Shown one piece after another: positions 1-19,443 of a stretch of DNA of 64,000 bases. Both the position numbers and the translations under genes were made by a program. The notes under the pieces were generated by a model. That model ran no database searches. It was given only the letters and a program-made list of their open reading frames with translations, and was not told the origin of the DNA. Source of the DNA: the human T2T-CHM13v2.0 reference genome, Homo sapiens; assembly GCF_009914755.1 (NCBI RefSeq), contig NC_060928.1. The stretch is one strand, 5' to 3'. The stretch's first letter is position 1. Each line of letters starts with the position of its first letter.

Positions 1-1
1 A

Positions 2-502
<501 letters not shown>

Positions 503-879
503 TTACAAAGTTGACTTAGAGATAAAAAGCATTACTAGTGTGAAAGTGTCATATAATGATAAAAAGTGAAGTTTATCAGAGGAGATAACTTCAAATTCAA
601 TGTATTTAATATTAAAGCTTCAAATATATGAAACAAAAGTTGGTAAAACAAATCCACTGTTGTAATTTACTCTCTAAGTGATTTACTCTCTAAGTAAACA
701 AGGCATAATCAGACAATAAAAAGTAATTTCAGAAACGTTTTGCCTAAGAATTGCAGAGCATTGTTCTTTTTTAGTATATACATGGTACTTAGACCTCCAC
801 TGGTATATAAAGTGAATTCCAAGGCATTTATATTACACAAAGCACATTATTAGTGGAATTAAACTGGTGATTTTATTTG

Positions 880-1016
880 TTAATTTTTAAATATTTTTGT
901 AGAGATGAGGTCTCACTATGTTGCCTGGCTGGTCTTGAACTCCTGGCCTCAAGAGATTCTATGGCCTTGCCCTCCCAAAGTGTTGGGATTATAGGCATGC
1001 CACACTGCACCTGGTC
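880..1016 (-). mobile_element. FLAM/Alu left monomer
   Basis: Reverse-complement Alu left arm (gtagagatgaggtctcactatgttgcc...ctcccaaagtgttgggattatagg). Confidence 0.85.
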
Positions 1017-1274
1017 AAGCTAGTGATTAATAATAATAATATAAGTGAACGTAATAAATTCCCATATTCCCCAAAACAATGATATGTTTTTAAATTAAAC
1101 AACTCAGCATTCAAAGAAGAAATTAATGGAAATTAGAAAATATGAATTGAATGGTAACTAAAGTTAAAAAGTGCAGCTAAGGCAATAGGCTTAAATGCAA
1201 ATATTAGGAAAAACACTTGAAATTAATAGTCCAATTACCAATATTATCTTGACTTTAATTAAAAAAACTCCCCC

Positions 1275-1360
1275 GACAGGTTGCAGTGAGCAGAGATTGT
1301 GCCACTGCACTTCAACCTGGGCGACAGAGCAAGAGTCCATCTCAAAAAAAAACAAAAAAC
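1275..1360 (+). mobile_element. 5'-truncated Alu 3' end with TSD
   Basis: ggttgcagtgagc...ctcaaaa, flanked by AAAAACTCCCCC at 1263-1274 and 1361-1372. Confidence 0.85.
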
Positions 1361-1684
1361 AAAAACTCCCCCAATTCTCAAAGACAGAGCAAAAGCATCT
1401 CATTCATGTTACCTGATATTGGCTGTGGGTCAGCTATTACAGCTCTGTATATTTGGTTCTTCTCCAATTGTCTTCTCATTTGGGGATTAATTCCAAAACA
1501 GCAGTTCCTATACATTACATGCTTATTCATGTGGCAGAGGGGAAGAACAAGAGGCAGAGCCAAATCTTAGTTATATTTGATGTTGCTGCTTATATGTGCT
1601 TTATGTGCATTTTTTATATTCCATTGACTATATGGCCAAGCCTATATAGGCTGGGGAATATATATTTTTTCCTTCCATTTGGTA

Positions 1685-1820
1685 TTTATTTTTTAGTGAT
1701 ACATAATAATTGTATATATTTATGGGATACATGTGATATTTTGATACATGCATACAATGTGTAATGATCAAATTAGGGTAATTTATATATCTATCACCTC
1801 AAACATTTATCATTTCTTTG
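1685..1820 (-). mobile_element. L1MA 3'-end fragment
   Basis: gatacatgtgatattttgatacatgcatacaatgtgtaatgatcaaattagggtaatt motif, also seen at 48560-48640. Confidence 0.75.
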
Positions 1821-1835
1821 TATTTGAATGGGGAA

Positions 1836-2075
1836 TATATATATACATACACACATTATATATATACAGAAACGTGTGTGTATACATATATATATATATA
1901 TATATATTTTTTTTTTAGGGGGGTTGGTGACAGAGTTTTGCTTTGTCTCCCAGGATGGAGTTCAGTGGCATGGATCTCAGCTCACTGCAACCACCGCCTC
2001 CTGGGCTCAAGCAGTGCTTCAGCCTCCTGAGTAGCTGGGACTACAGGCATGCACCACCAAACCTGGCTAATTTTG
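1836..2075 (-). mobile_element. (TA)n microsatellite followed by Alu right monomer
   Basis: TA/CA repeats at 1836-1906, then a T-tract and the reverse Alu right arm. Confidence 0.8.
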
Positions 2076-2768
2076 GAATATATATTCTTAAAAGGCAGGT
2101 GACAGTGTTGAATATGCATAATCTTCTCTTCTGGGGAATATGAGGATTGAACAACATAACAGAATCTGTTATAGCATTGATCTCAAGAAGTTAGGAAAAG
2201 AATTAGCAATATAAACTCCCATAAAAAATATGGAAGGAAATAAATAGCAGAATTTAATTAATTATATCTAACGCACAATAGAGGATTAATCATATCAGGA
2301 CTTAATTTTTCAAAAAGGCTAGAATTAAGCTTATCATAACAAAAAAAGAAAATAGATATTTTACATGGAATGCAAGAGGGGATATAGTTACTAACCATAC
2401 AGAAATTTTAAAATGTAATTTTAGAGCAATAAATTTGAACTTTTTTATAAAGACAGATTTCTAGAAAAGTATATAACTTCAAAATGGAGTGGAAAAGAAA
2501 GTCTAGATAGTGCTATGACAATTTAAAAATCTTCAAACTCTATAATAACTTCAAATATAGATATTTTATTAACATATCTTTTTATGATTGGAATGAATAA
2601 TTTCAGGAATGCACAAATATTTCCAGAGAATAGAGCTAATAATAAGTCAAATATTTGTGGAAAGGGTAGTGGTGGGGGAGAACACTTATGAGAAGAACAT
2701 ATCTTTGGTACCTGAGCTGTACATAAGAAATTAGAATTCATGAGAACGTGAATGAGAGTCAGGCATTA

Positions 2769-3085
<317 letters not shown>

Positions 3086-3460
3086 AAAAAGGTCTAAACA
3101 ATATTTTAGTAAACCAAATATAGCAGTTTTTTAAAAAACAGATAACCAAGTTGTGTTCATTTCAAGATCATGGATTAATTGTACATAAGAAAAGTTAGTA
3201 AAGGAAATTCACATTAACGGATTGAAGAAAGATTGTGATCACTTGAATAAAAAAGAAAAAAATAGAAGAAAATAAAGAAAAATATTTGAGGTGATTGATA
3301 TCCCCATTACCCTGATGTGATCATTACACATTGTATACAGGTATCAAAATGGCACATGTACCCCAGAAGTATGTACAACTAATATACATATATCAGTTTT
3401 TTTAAGAAGCATAAAAAGTCCCCAAACCAGTAACAGTCTAGGCATTAAAGAATATCTGTA

Positions 3461-3640
3461 AGTCAGGCATAGTGCTGTGCACCTGTAGTCCCAGCTATTC
3501 TAGAGGCTAAGGCAGGAGGATCCCTTGAGCCCAAAAATTCAGTGCTGTAGTGTGTGATGATCACAGCTGCGATGTAGTGTGCACCTGTGAATGGCCACTG
3601 CACTCCAGCCTGGGCAATATAGTGAGGCCCATCTCTTAAA
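3461..3640 (+). mobile_element. FAM (fossil Alu monomer)
   Basis: Contains the FAM-diagnostic ...cctgtgaatggccactgcactccagcctgggcaatatagtgag, with a small internal duplication. Confidence 0.75.
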
Positions 3641-4064
3641 ATAGAAGAAAAGAATCCATAAAGTAGATTTACTAAATGCTTGTAACTGTATAACTGTTAA
3701 AAAAAAAAACAAAAAAACAGTATAAGATCGTGCCATTGCACTCCAGCCTGGGCGACAGAGTGAGACTGTCACACACACACACACACACAAAAGATTCAGT
3801 ATACTGCTTATAAGACATGAACAAACTTTTTACAAAAGAAGAAGTCTAAATGACTGAGAACATGAAAAGATGTTCAACATTATTAGTCAAGGAGATGAAA
3901 ATATTTCAATGAAATAGTTCATAAAACTTATATTAGCAATGTTAAGACATCAGATGGTAAGTAGAGTTTGGGAGTATTTGGAGCAAGAACCTCAATCTGT
4001 GGGAATAAAAAATGGTAAACCATATGCTATGATCCACCATTTCCACTCAGGAATATATTCTCGA

Positions 4065-4312
4065 GTTGCATTGTTTAGTAGACATTAACCACATGTAGTT
4101 ATTGAGCCCTTGAAATGTGGCTAGTCCAAATAGGATGTGTTTTAAATGTAAAATACTGGATTTTGAAGACTTAGTAACAAAAAGGAATATAAAATATCTC
4201 AAATTTTAATAATTATTGCATGTCGAAATAGATTATTTAAAATGTACATCTTGTATATTTTTTGTAGTTATGGGAAATTTAAGATTACATTGTGTTTGTA
4301 TTGGCTGGCACT
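4065..4312 (-). mobile_element. MER33 (hAT-Charlie MITE)
   Basis: ccacatgtagttattgagcccttgaaatgtggctagtcc...ggattttgaagacttagta matches the MER33 consensus as recalled. Confidence 0.7.
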
Positions 4313-4927
4313 ACCCTGGAGGAATTTAGATGTGTTCACCAGGAGCAGTATGTAATAATGTAGCAGAATAATTCATTATAGTCACAAATTGAAAATATTT
4401 GAAGTATCTATCAGTAGCTGACTATGTCATCATTATAGTAGTGAAAAGTAGCTATATAGTAGAGAAAAAAATGATTGCCATACACATCTTTATGAATACA
4501 TCTAGAAAACAATGCTGAATGAAAGAAGTGAGGGTTCATACACAATATGACTCCACAAAACTCAAGAACAGATCAAATGAAACATGATTTTTTAGGTACA
4601 CTTAACGTATATAGATGGTTGCATAAAGAAAAACCTGGAATAATTACTACGTAAGTCAGAATTTGTTCATTGTGGGGGCTGGGGGGAGGTGTAGGATCCT
4701 CAGAAGTTTCTAAAATACTAACAGTTGTGTTTCTGGTAGTTGTTACATGAATGCGTTATAAGTTGCACATGTATATTTTATGCATTATTCTAGGAGACAT
4801 ATTTCATAACAATACTAAAAGGCTAGAATTAAAGGGGGATGGGTAGTACAAAAGAGGCAAGCCAAAGCTGATTTATTTACTTCTTGAAGCTGCCACATTG
4901 TTGTTCCTTGGTCTAAAGTCAAGGTAG

Positions 4928-5365
<438 letters not shown>

Positions 5366-6334
5366 TGATAGGCCTTTACATCTTATCATTGGTATCATTG
5401 GCTAGCGTCTGGGCTCATGAGCTCAGGAATTTCCTGGTCCACTATCTCATGATACCTTCCCCTAACTATAAATGTTTAATTTGTATCTACAGAATAAGAG
5501 AGAAACACGTTACAACGAGTTGCTCAGTATTCTATCCTCTGCCCAAGTTGCTTGTGTAGAAACTCAAATATGCTAATGTGTTTATCTCCAACATTTTAGG
5601 AAGAACCTTCAAATTTGAAACTTATGAATCACATCTGCTAGTCACTTAATCTCATCGTTAGGCTCATTGCATTTACAGTAGTGAAATATACCAGTTTTGT
5701 CCAGTACTACTTATAGTATTATCAGGTGAACTTAACACTCCTCACTGGTGGCCTAAACATCAGTTCCCAGAATTTTTCTTGGAGGTACTTAGCTTTGTGG
5801 TATTTGAGAGAACATTTCCAGTTGTTAGATGATTGAGACCATCAGCAAGCACGTTGTTGAGAGGTTACACTCTCAACAAGAAAGCGTACCTCTAGTGGCT
5901 TTCTTCTGCCTTGACCCAGACAGCATTCTGGAATTATTGGGGTCCTTGAGCCTTGGAAGACTGGATAGCTCTCATTCACTTTGACTTTGCTGATTACTTC
6001 ACTCTCTTATGCAGCATTCCCCCTTACAAATGAGGCAAGTCCTTACCTGTATTTATTTCAGATAGTGAAAGGAACTTCAGTTGTGGCAGAGTATTTGGTA
6101 TAAAGGTGGACATGCTGTACACATTTATCAGGAGATGGCTGGCAGACAGAAACAATAGCTTCATACTGACTTGTCAAGAGGAGAGTCATGTAAACTTCCT
6201 GTCTCCTCACCACCACTTGAGCTGACCTTTTCTCATTAGAGAAGTGCACCAAGTTGAGAACCTGTCTGGCAAAGCCTGTTCTTGACCAGCAGTCAACTAT
6301 GTGCAAGTTCCACTGGGAGTGCAGTTCTGGACCA

Positions 6335-6432
6335 ACACCTAACTTCTGTGAATCTCAGGTGGGGATCATTCTTACCCTGTCCACCTCATGAGGTTGTAAA
6401 GAATTTGAAAACTGTAAAAAACTGGGCATATA
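6335..6432 (+). mobile_element. MIR fragment
   Basis: aacttctgtgaatctcag...ccacctcatgaggttgtaaagaattt core. Confidence 0.55.
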
Positions 6433-6435
6433 TGA

Positions 6436-6967
<532 letters not shown>

Positions 6968-7121
6968 TAACACCTTACTCTGAAAGACTTCTCAGATCGC
7001 TTTCCTTTCATGGACAACGTGAGCTCTCAAGTTAACTGTAGTCACTCTCTCTTTAGAAATGGTTTTGAACTAAAGTTCTTTCTGCTGGAGAGTCAAGTGA
7101 ATCAAGAGACCTGATTTTAGA

Positions 7122-7439
<318 letters not shown>

Positions 7440-7509
7440 CTAGCCATAATCCCTTGCACAAGTTAGTACTATATTTCAAATATGGCAGCCTTATAATAAA
7501 TTGACTCTG

Positions 7510-8095
7510 CCAGGGATTCATTCATTAACATATATTTGAGTGTCTGCTGTGTACCAAACAATGTTGGAAGCTGGGAATTTGGTAGTGAACATGACTGACA
7601 ATTGAAAATACAATCTCTAAATAATTCAAAATGGTGGGGTGGGTGGAGCTAATTAAACTGGAAAATCTAGGCAGAAGAGAACTATCATAATTGACCACTG
7701 AATTCAGTTTTGAGCCTCTTGATAAACAAGAGAGAAGAAATGTGCTGAGATATCTCAGTGGAACAGTGGTGGGGGAGAGTGTGAATGAATTAATAAGCAG
7801 AAATATGAGTATGATACATTCAAATGTATGAGTATATTGCACTCAAATATTGAAACTTGGTATAGGTATTGGAGAAATGACAGTATCTGAACATAGATAA
7901 GTTAAGGCACAGGGTGTGTGTGTGTGTGTGTGTGTATCTATATTAATATGCTTTTAAAGAGTGAAAAGTACTAGAACATTTTACATGGTGATGGGAACGG
8001 TCCAGTGTAAAGAGAGAATGGAAGATACAGTTGAGAGTAGATAATGGGGCTAAGTTCCTGAAAATACGAGACTAGATAGGATTTGGAGCATGTAG
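7510..8095 (-). mobile_element. L2 fragments with (TG)n at 7915-7935
   Basis: attcattcattaacatatatttgagtgtctgctgtgtacca is the reversed L2 3' end. Confidence 0.6.
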
Positions 8096-8097
8096 TA

Positions 8098-8301
8098 CAG
8101 GGTTTCTCAACCTCAGTACTATTAACATTTCGAACTAGGTGATTCTTTGTTGTAGAAGCTGTCTTATAAATCATAGGATGGTTAGCATTATCTCTAGTCT
8201 CTACCCACAAGATGCCAGTAGCATCCCCCCACCCCAATCCCATGACAATGAAAAATGTATGGTGGAGGTGTGGACAAAATCAAAACCCAGTTGAGAACCA
8301 C
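8098..8301 (+). mobile_element. MER20 (hAT-Charlie)
   Basis: cagggtttctcaacctcagtactattaacattt...cccagttgagaaccac terminal inverted repeats and body. Confidence 0.85.
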
Positions 8302-8304
8302 AGA

Positions 8305-10015
8305 AGTCAGCCATTATTTGTATTCTTGTCCCCTTGTATGTAATGTGTTGTTTTCCCCTCTGGCTTTCAAGATTTTTACTTTACCATTGATTTTCAGCAG
8401 TTTTACTATGATGTGTCTTGGTTTGGTTTTCTTTGAATATATCCAATTTGAGGTTAACTGAAACTTTTGAATTAGTAATTTGATGTTTTTCATCAAATTT
8501 GGGCACATTTCAGTCATTAATTCTTCAAATATTTTTTATGTTCCTTACTCATTTTTTACGTGGGAATTCACTTATAGATATGTTATACTATTTGATAATA
8601 TTTCACAGGTCCTTGAGGTTCTTTCTGTTTTTTTTGTTTTGTTTTTTTGAGATATTACCCAGACTTTTTGTGAAATCCTAGGCTCAAGTGATCTTCCCAC
8701 ATCAGCCTCCTGAGTAGCTGGGATTTCAGGTGTGAGCCGCCATGCCTGGTTCTTTCTGTTTTCTGGAATATTTATGTTCTATAGATTGGACTGTATTTAT
8801 CATTCTGTCTTAAACTTCACTAATTTTTGTCTACCATTTTCATTCTATTTTTAGGCCCGTCCAAGTATAAGTTTTTCAGTTCTGGAATTTCCATTTTTTA
8901 TAGTTTGCATTTTTTGGGCTGCGATTTCCTATCTATTCACTTATTAAGACCATGTTTTTCTTCTGTTTCTTCATATATATTTATAATAGTTGCTTTGAAG
9001 TCCTTGTCTTAAAATCTGACATTTGACATTTGAGAGATCTTGTGATAACATTTGAGCGATCTACTGACTGCTTTTTTACCTTGACTATGGGTTACATTTT
9101 CCTATTTATTTTCACTGCTAGTAATTTTTAAAGTTTTATACTGTTCATTATACATATGCTGTAGAGATTATAGATGTCATCTTCCTCTGAAGGATGTTGA
9201 GTTTTTTGTTTTATTGGGCGTTGTAGGCTACACTTGGAATTGTGTAGACTTATTTTACTCTTTCGTTAGGTTAGATCTGTGGAAAGCCTCTTTAACTTGA
9301 CAGAACTTAACCTCCAAATTCTGTGTCTCCTCTAGATCTTATGAGGTTTTATATTAGGCTTTGCTAGTGAGTCTAGAGTAGGTCTTATTCTCTAGACTCG
9401 AGTGTGGACCTTATTCTGTAGCATGGCTTCATTTCTAAGCTGTATCACAGATGAATGCCCAAAGGGTTAATGAGTAGCTTACAAAGGGTATCCATTCTTA
9501 ACTGGGCTTGTATGCTCACCATCCCCCAGCACTACTGGACCTTTAGTATATCTGTTCAGCTTAACCACATAGCAGTCACTTTGGGGTATGTCTTAGGTAG
9601 TCTTATCCTGAACATATGTGCTCTGCCTCCAGCCAAGGACACACAGCAGCCTGACCCTCACATGGACTTATTGCCCCCCTCTTCCCTGCATAGATTGTCT
9701 CCAGCGCTCTATTCCACAGGTTCCACTGCTTCAACTGTACTAAACTCTAAAGCACTACCTTCTCAGCTCAGCAGGACAGTTATACTTTGCTTGGGCTGAA
9801 GCTTACTGTGCCATGGTTAGGAAATTGTACCCAGAAATAGAGCTGGAGTGATCGTGGAGCCCATCTTGTGAGCTCTTCTCTCAGAGATCACAGTCTTACA
9901 TTGCTTTTGTTCAATCCCTAAAAATAGTTGTTTCATAGTCATATCAGTTTTATGGTTATTTACATTAGGAGGCACAGGCTGGTATTGGTTGCTCCGTCAT
10001 AGCCAGAAGCAGAAG
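8305..10015 (-). mobile_element. Old L1M ORF1/5' region
   Basis: ORF 8314..8517(-) encodes KPRHIIVKLLK...KILKAR, an L1 ORF1p motif. Confidence 0.75.
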
Positions 10016-10017
10016 AC

Positions 10018-10900
10018 CATACCCATTACATCATAAAATTAAAAAGTCTGACAATATTAAGTCTTGGTAAAGAAGTGGTGCAACATGAATTCACACATCA
10101 CTATTGGTGTTAAATTAAATTGTTACAACCAACTTTAGTATTACTTATTAAAGTTGATTGTTTATGTATCCTAAGAAGCATCAGTTCCATTTCCACATGT
10201 ACATATGTATACATGCATTTTTCTAATACACATCAGTTCCATTTCTAGTTATGTCTATATGTGTACGTGTGTGTATCTTTTGTAGAGAAACTTTTGAATG
10301 TGTGGACTATGAGACACATCCATATTGTTAAATCTAATAGCTTCATTATGTCTAAAATGGTATTATATATGTTTTGTATACAGTGGTATGGTATTTAACA
10401 GTGAAATAATTGGTATAGAAATGAAGATGATTTTAAAAACAATGCCAATATAGATCAAATAAGAGAATGGTAAAATGGTGATAGTTGTTGAAACCATGTG
10501 ATGTGTATATAGGACTTTGTTATACTATTCTATTTTTGTATATGTTAGAAAAATTCCAAAGTAAAGACGTTTTAAAAGTTTGGTGGATGTTAGCCATATA
10601 ATATATGCAGAAAATATGATTTTATTAATATACAGTTCCAAAACAGGGGAAATGAAATATATTGCATAGGGAAACTTTCAAAGGTAATAAATGAAAGAAC
10701 AGTTAGGAAATCGGTCTTGCTAAGGTCAATATGGTGGTTTTTCTGGAGAGAAGGAGGGGAATGGGATTGGGCAGGGGCAAAAAGGGACTTCCAGGATATT
10801 GGCAGTGTCCTATTAACATAGATGGTAGTAGCATGTGGTGTTCATTGTATTAATTTTCATACCATACACATAGGTTTTATACAAGATATTTCAAAGCAGA
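10018..10900 (+). mobile_element. L1ME-like 3' fragments
   Basis: L1 3'-region motifs (aaaaagtctgacaatattaag..., ggggcaaaaagggacttcc). Confidence 0.55.
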
Positions 10901-12264
10901 ACAGTTATTTAAAAATAGCTGGATGAAAGAATTTTGAGAGTTTTAGGTTGGCATAATCAAGGGAAGCATCCTAGAGAAGCCTAGAACTTAAAACTAGGTC
11001 CTAAATAACGAATATTCTATATTATAAAACATCTGATCTAGGACCCACTGTTATGCTTAGTATTCCTGACCAAAAATAAAGGACACAGAAGATAACTTCC
11101 ATTGCAACACATTCTCCTTGATGACAGTGTCTATCCCATTTGTTCACTCATTCATTCATCTATCCATTTATTCATTTAACAGATATTTGAGTAGCTGTTA
11201 GGTGCTAAGCATAGTGATAGGCAATTTGTGAACAGTGTTGAGGAGTGATGGAGTTTCCAGTCCCCAGATTCTTTATGATTCTCAGCTTTGTTAGCTGGGA
11301 CGAGAGACCTCTTTTGTATATTTGCTTTGAGGTGTGAACTAGTTAGCCCCAAACAACTGGCTGGCTTCTTTCTTGCCCTTTTTCTAAGATCGCCTGGTTT
11401 CTTTGCTCAGATTTCTGTGACAGAGTCTTTCCCTTTTTCTCACTGCTAAGACAGCGATTGAAAAATTTGCTCTTTTATACATTCTTTCAAAAAGTTCTCC
11501 CCTTGATGCATGCAAGAGTTTTGCCTTGATTATTAGGCAATATTTGGATATATGTACAAAATCAAAACAGAGAATAAGTAGTCTAGCTAGAGAAGGTAGC
11601 TGGTGGGTTTGATTTATGAAGGGGAACAGTAAAAAAGAGAAGTTGAGGACAGAAAGTAGTATGGGGTGCTCTAAGTGGGTAGATTGCCTCTTAAATAATG
11701 AAATCTGGATGTGGTTATTGCTAGAACAGTGGCTGAAGAAAATCTTGTGTTTCAAAGAAAGTGGATTGAAGAGTACTTTTTGTGACCCAGAATTCAAAAT
11801 TAAAAACTTATAAAGTCAATAAATGGAAAACAAATGAGTTTCTGAAGTGTCTTCATCAAATAATAGAATTATGGCCAGTAGTAAAAAAAAGAAAAAAGAG
11901 TTATGGCCAGTAATTACAATATAATTTATAAAGTTTCTAGTCACTCCTTCACTGATAGAATACAGTAATATGTAAGCACGAATGTGTTTATTAATAGCCT
12001 GTTGATATAATTTATGAAAAAAATACAGAGTTTACAACTTTTTTTTGAAATTGGCTCCTGAGTAATAAAAAGTTTCTTGACATTGATTATCTAATGAGAG
12101 CTAAGTATGTGAATTATCTAACAGAGTTCAATATTATTTGGGAATAGGTTTTAGAGCCCTTTTAAGTTGAAAATTGAGAATGATCAAAACATTCCTAATT
12201 CTCTTAAATCACCAGTAAAATACGTATCACTTTATGCATAGCCTTACACCTTAATATGCATCTA

Positions 12265-12654
<390 letters not shown>

Positions 12655-12716
12655 TTATAAAGATTCTAATTTGATGGGTCTTCCTGTCCATAGTCATCTT
12701 TCTCTTTAGAAGCTGA

Positions 12717-13043
<327 letters not shown>

Positions 13044-13349
13044 AGAGGCTAATACTTAAAATAATTCTTTCTACTTTTAGTTGTTATTTCCCTATGCTTT
13101 TCAACATTTTTGAACATGAAAGGATATGGTAAAACTATACTTGTTTGGGCACTTTTCAGTGGTCAGGACATTATCGAAATGTATTCATCCTTTCGTTAGG
13201 TTTTTCTTTCTGTGCATTAACATTAGGATTTGATTACATCAATGCATACATTCATTGAGTAGAATAGCAGTGGCATTGCTGGCCCATTTAAAAAGTATTA
13301 TTATTGCTAAACAAGTATAATTGAATTTCTGTAAGTTAAATGTTAGCAC

Positions 13350-13960
13350 TACAGTACTCTGAAGATTGGGTAGGTGAGGTGGGACCAGATTGCAAAGTGT
13401 CTTGAAAGCTTTATAGGAATTTAGAATAAAGAGCAATTGCAGTTTTTATAAAGAAAGTGGAATGATCAAAATAGTGGTTTAATAGGTTTATATATGTGAG
13501 GCATTAACCTAGATCAGAATAGGGGAGGACAGAAGTTGAGTTAAAAACCCACTTATAGTAATCCAAGGGTGAAATGAAGAGCTGAACAAAAGGAATATCG
13601 TTTATTTTCTCAACATTCATTAATAACCTACGTGAGAATGAAAAAGTGCCAAAATTGGGAAGCGATTTTAAAGAATCTGTTCATAATACCTTGTGAAAGA
13701 AGTAGGGACATTAGCAAGGAAAACCTAGGAGAGAATGATCTTAAGATCAGATTTGGAAATGTTGAGTTGATTCATGGTGTCTATTTATGTAAAATGTCTT
13801 TTGCCCTCTCTCTAAATCCTAGAGATGATAAGAAGGCCAGAAATGTAGATTTTGGAGTATTTAGTAAAGAAGGGAGACTTAAAGCAGGAAAAGTGATTGA
13901 ACTTTTTAAGGTATTAAAGAAAAGGAGAGGGAACAATTGAGACAGGAAGTCCACTAGTGG
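13350..13960 (-). mobile_element. L2 fragments
   Basis: Purine-rich L2 antisense motifs (gggaccagattgcaaagtgtcttgaaag, agatttggaaatgttgagtt). Confidence 0.55.
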
Positions 13961-13985
13961 TAATTTGGAGGAAAAAAATAGGTGT

Positions 13986-14355
<370 letters not shown>

Positions 14356-14400
14356 TTATGACCCATAAAGGGACACATTCTATCTCAACTATAGCTTTAA

Positions 14401-14711
14401 TTTTTTTCTTTTTTTTTTTTTTTCAGACAGGGTCTCACCCTGTTGTGCCTAGGCTGGAATGCAGTGGTGAGATCATAGCGTACTGCAGCCTCAAACTCCT
14501 GGGCTCAAGGGAGTCTTCTGTCTCAGCCTCCCTAGTAGTTGGTACTACAGGCATGTGTTACCACACCTGACTAATTTTTTACTTTTTTGTGGAGACAGTG
14601 TCTCACTGTGTTGCTCATGCTGGTCTTGAATTCCTGGCCTCAAGTAATCCTTCCACATCAGCCTCCTGAAGAGCTGGAATTATAGATGTGAGCCACTGCA
14701 CCCAACCAGCT
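14401..14711 (-). mobile_element. AluJ
   Basis: Diverged reverse dimer with AluJ features (cagcctcaaactcctgggctcaag). Confidence 0.88.
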
Positions 14712-14744
14712 TCATCTTTTTTCCCCCACTGACTTCTTATTTTA

Positions 14745-14889
14745 AGGCAGAGAAAATTGCTTGAACCCGAGAAGCAGAAGTTGCAGTGAGCCAAGATTGC
14801 GCCACTGCACTCCAGCCTGGGCAAGACAGCAAGACTCTGTCTTGGGAAAAAAAAATAAATGAAGAAATGTAAAATAAAAAAATAAAAAT
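14745..14889 (+). mobile_element. Alu right-arm fragment
   Basis: aggcagagaaaattgcttgaacccg...ccagcctgggc plus A tail. Confidence 0.85.
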
Positions 14890-15149
14890 CCCTTACTGCT
14901 GACCACCTTGGACCTACCATCAGACTGTAATTCACATTGACATGAATGGGAAGTGAGAAAGTTGAAGCACCAAGGGTTCTTTCAAGCAATTTGGCTGAAG
15001 GGAAATCCTTGTTGCTTAAGCTTCTTCTTTCTAGTCAGACCAATATGAGTTGCAGAGAAATGTAGACTTTGAAAGACAATGCCATTTTCTCACTTAATGT
15101 TATGAATATTTTTCTGTATCAGTAATATGCATCTATATTTTATTCCCTC

Positions 15150-17706
<2,557 letters not shown>

Positions 17707-18469
17707 GTTTGCCTTTTAAAATGTGGTCTTCCCTGGTTTATCCCTGGCCTACTTCTCTTATTATTTTGATAGCTTGTCTAGAAATGATAGACTCTATTCT
17801 TAAGTTTTGGGTTTTTATTTATTAACTGTATGCTAATGACTCCCTTGTGTCTTTGTGGGACTCTAGAACTATATTACCGGTAGCCTACTAAATTCTCCAG
17901 TTATTTGTCTTATGTTTCATAGGCATCTTTTTTATATTCTGTCTCTCATTTTAAAAAATGAAAGAAAACCCACCCCAAACCTATATTTTTTATTTTGCTT
18001 GGATGCCTTAGGAATCCCCATCCACTTATCGTAACTTCTAACATGCAGTTTGTCACTAGGTCCTATCAGTCCTTTCATATTCATTCCTACTGCCATGCGT
18101 CATCTCTCTATAGAAGTTTTATAGGATGTTCTTGGCTCTAGTTCATTCTCTTTCTAGCTTAACTCTTGTCAGAGTAGTCTTTCCTCCTTATTTCTCATTT
18201 CATTTTTTTTCCCTAGCAAATTAGATAATTTACTACAAGTCCAAGAAGCAGTTCTTGATTTTAGGCAAGGCTTTGTATAAGACACCAAAGAAAGACTTTG
18301 CTTTTCTTTACCCCTATCTTTGGTGTACTTTGCTCTGTGTTAGCTTCATTTTCAGTTACGCTTTCTCTGAGTGGGAGCAACAGTGGCCATTGATGGTTTC
18401 AGGCTTTCATTATTTTCAAAGTAAATGATTCCAAGGAAAATCCTTCATCCTTCTAAAATCCTTCATCAT

Positions 18470-18872
18470 CGTAAAATATAAATATGATTATTTCTCTGTT
18501 TTTCTTAATTCTATTCAGTGGTTCCTCACCCCCTTCAGGATAAAGTTCAAATTCTTTGGCAAGCAAGAATTCATGAATTCTTGATTTGGCTTTTACATAT
18601 TTTCATTGTCCTGTTGCTCTCTGCTTTAAAATTTGTATCCATAAATACCAAGTTGCATGTGCAGTTTCCTCTGCCTGCAGTGGCTTTTCACATTGTTTAC
18701 TTGCCAAATTCATTATCTTTTAGCTAAATAAACCCCAGTTCAGATATTACTCTTCCAGGAAAATCTTATTTGATAAATTTTGTGCTCAATCCCAGAAAAA
18801 TTACTCTCCTGTTCTACCTTTGCACCACATATGTATGTTTGTTTTTGACTTATACTGAATTGTAATCTGTTT
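18470..18872 (+). mobile_element. L2 3' fragment
   Basis: cagtggttcctcacccccttcaggataaagttcaaattc is an L2 motif. Confidence 0.6.
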
Positions 18873-18878
18873 ACAAAA

Positions 18879-19176
<298 letters not shown>

Positions 19177-19443
19177 ACAAATTTTTTTATATCCATTAGA
19201 TCATTAAATCTCTTTGGTCCCTTTTTGAACAAGGCAAGGTATAAATTTATTAAAAATAACAACAACAACAAAAACAAAAACCAAAATTAGGCTTTGGTTG
19301 TGCATCCAGTTGTGGTAGACTGGCTAATTCAGATGAACCCTATTGCTGAGAACAGCTGAAAAAGTAGGTTTAAAAAATCTGTGTGAAGGCACAGTAGAGG
19401 GCCAAGACAGTAAAACATCATGTGGTCAAAATCTGGAAAGAGA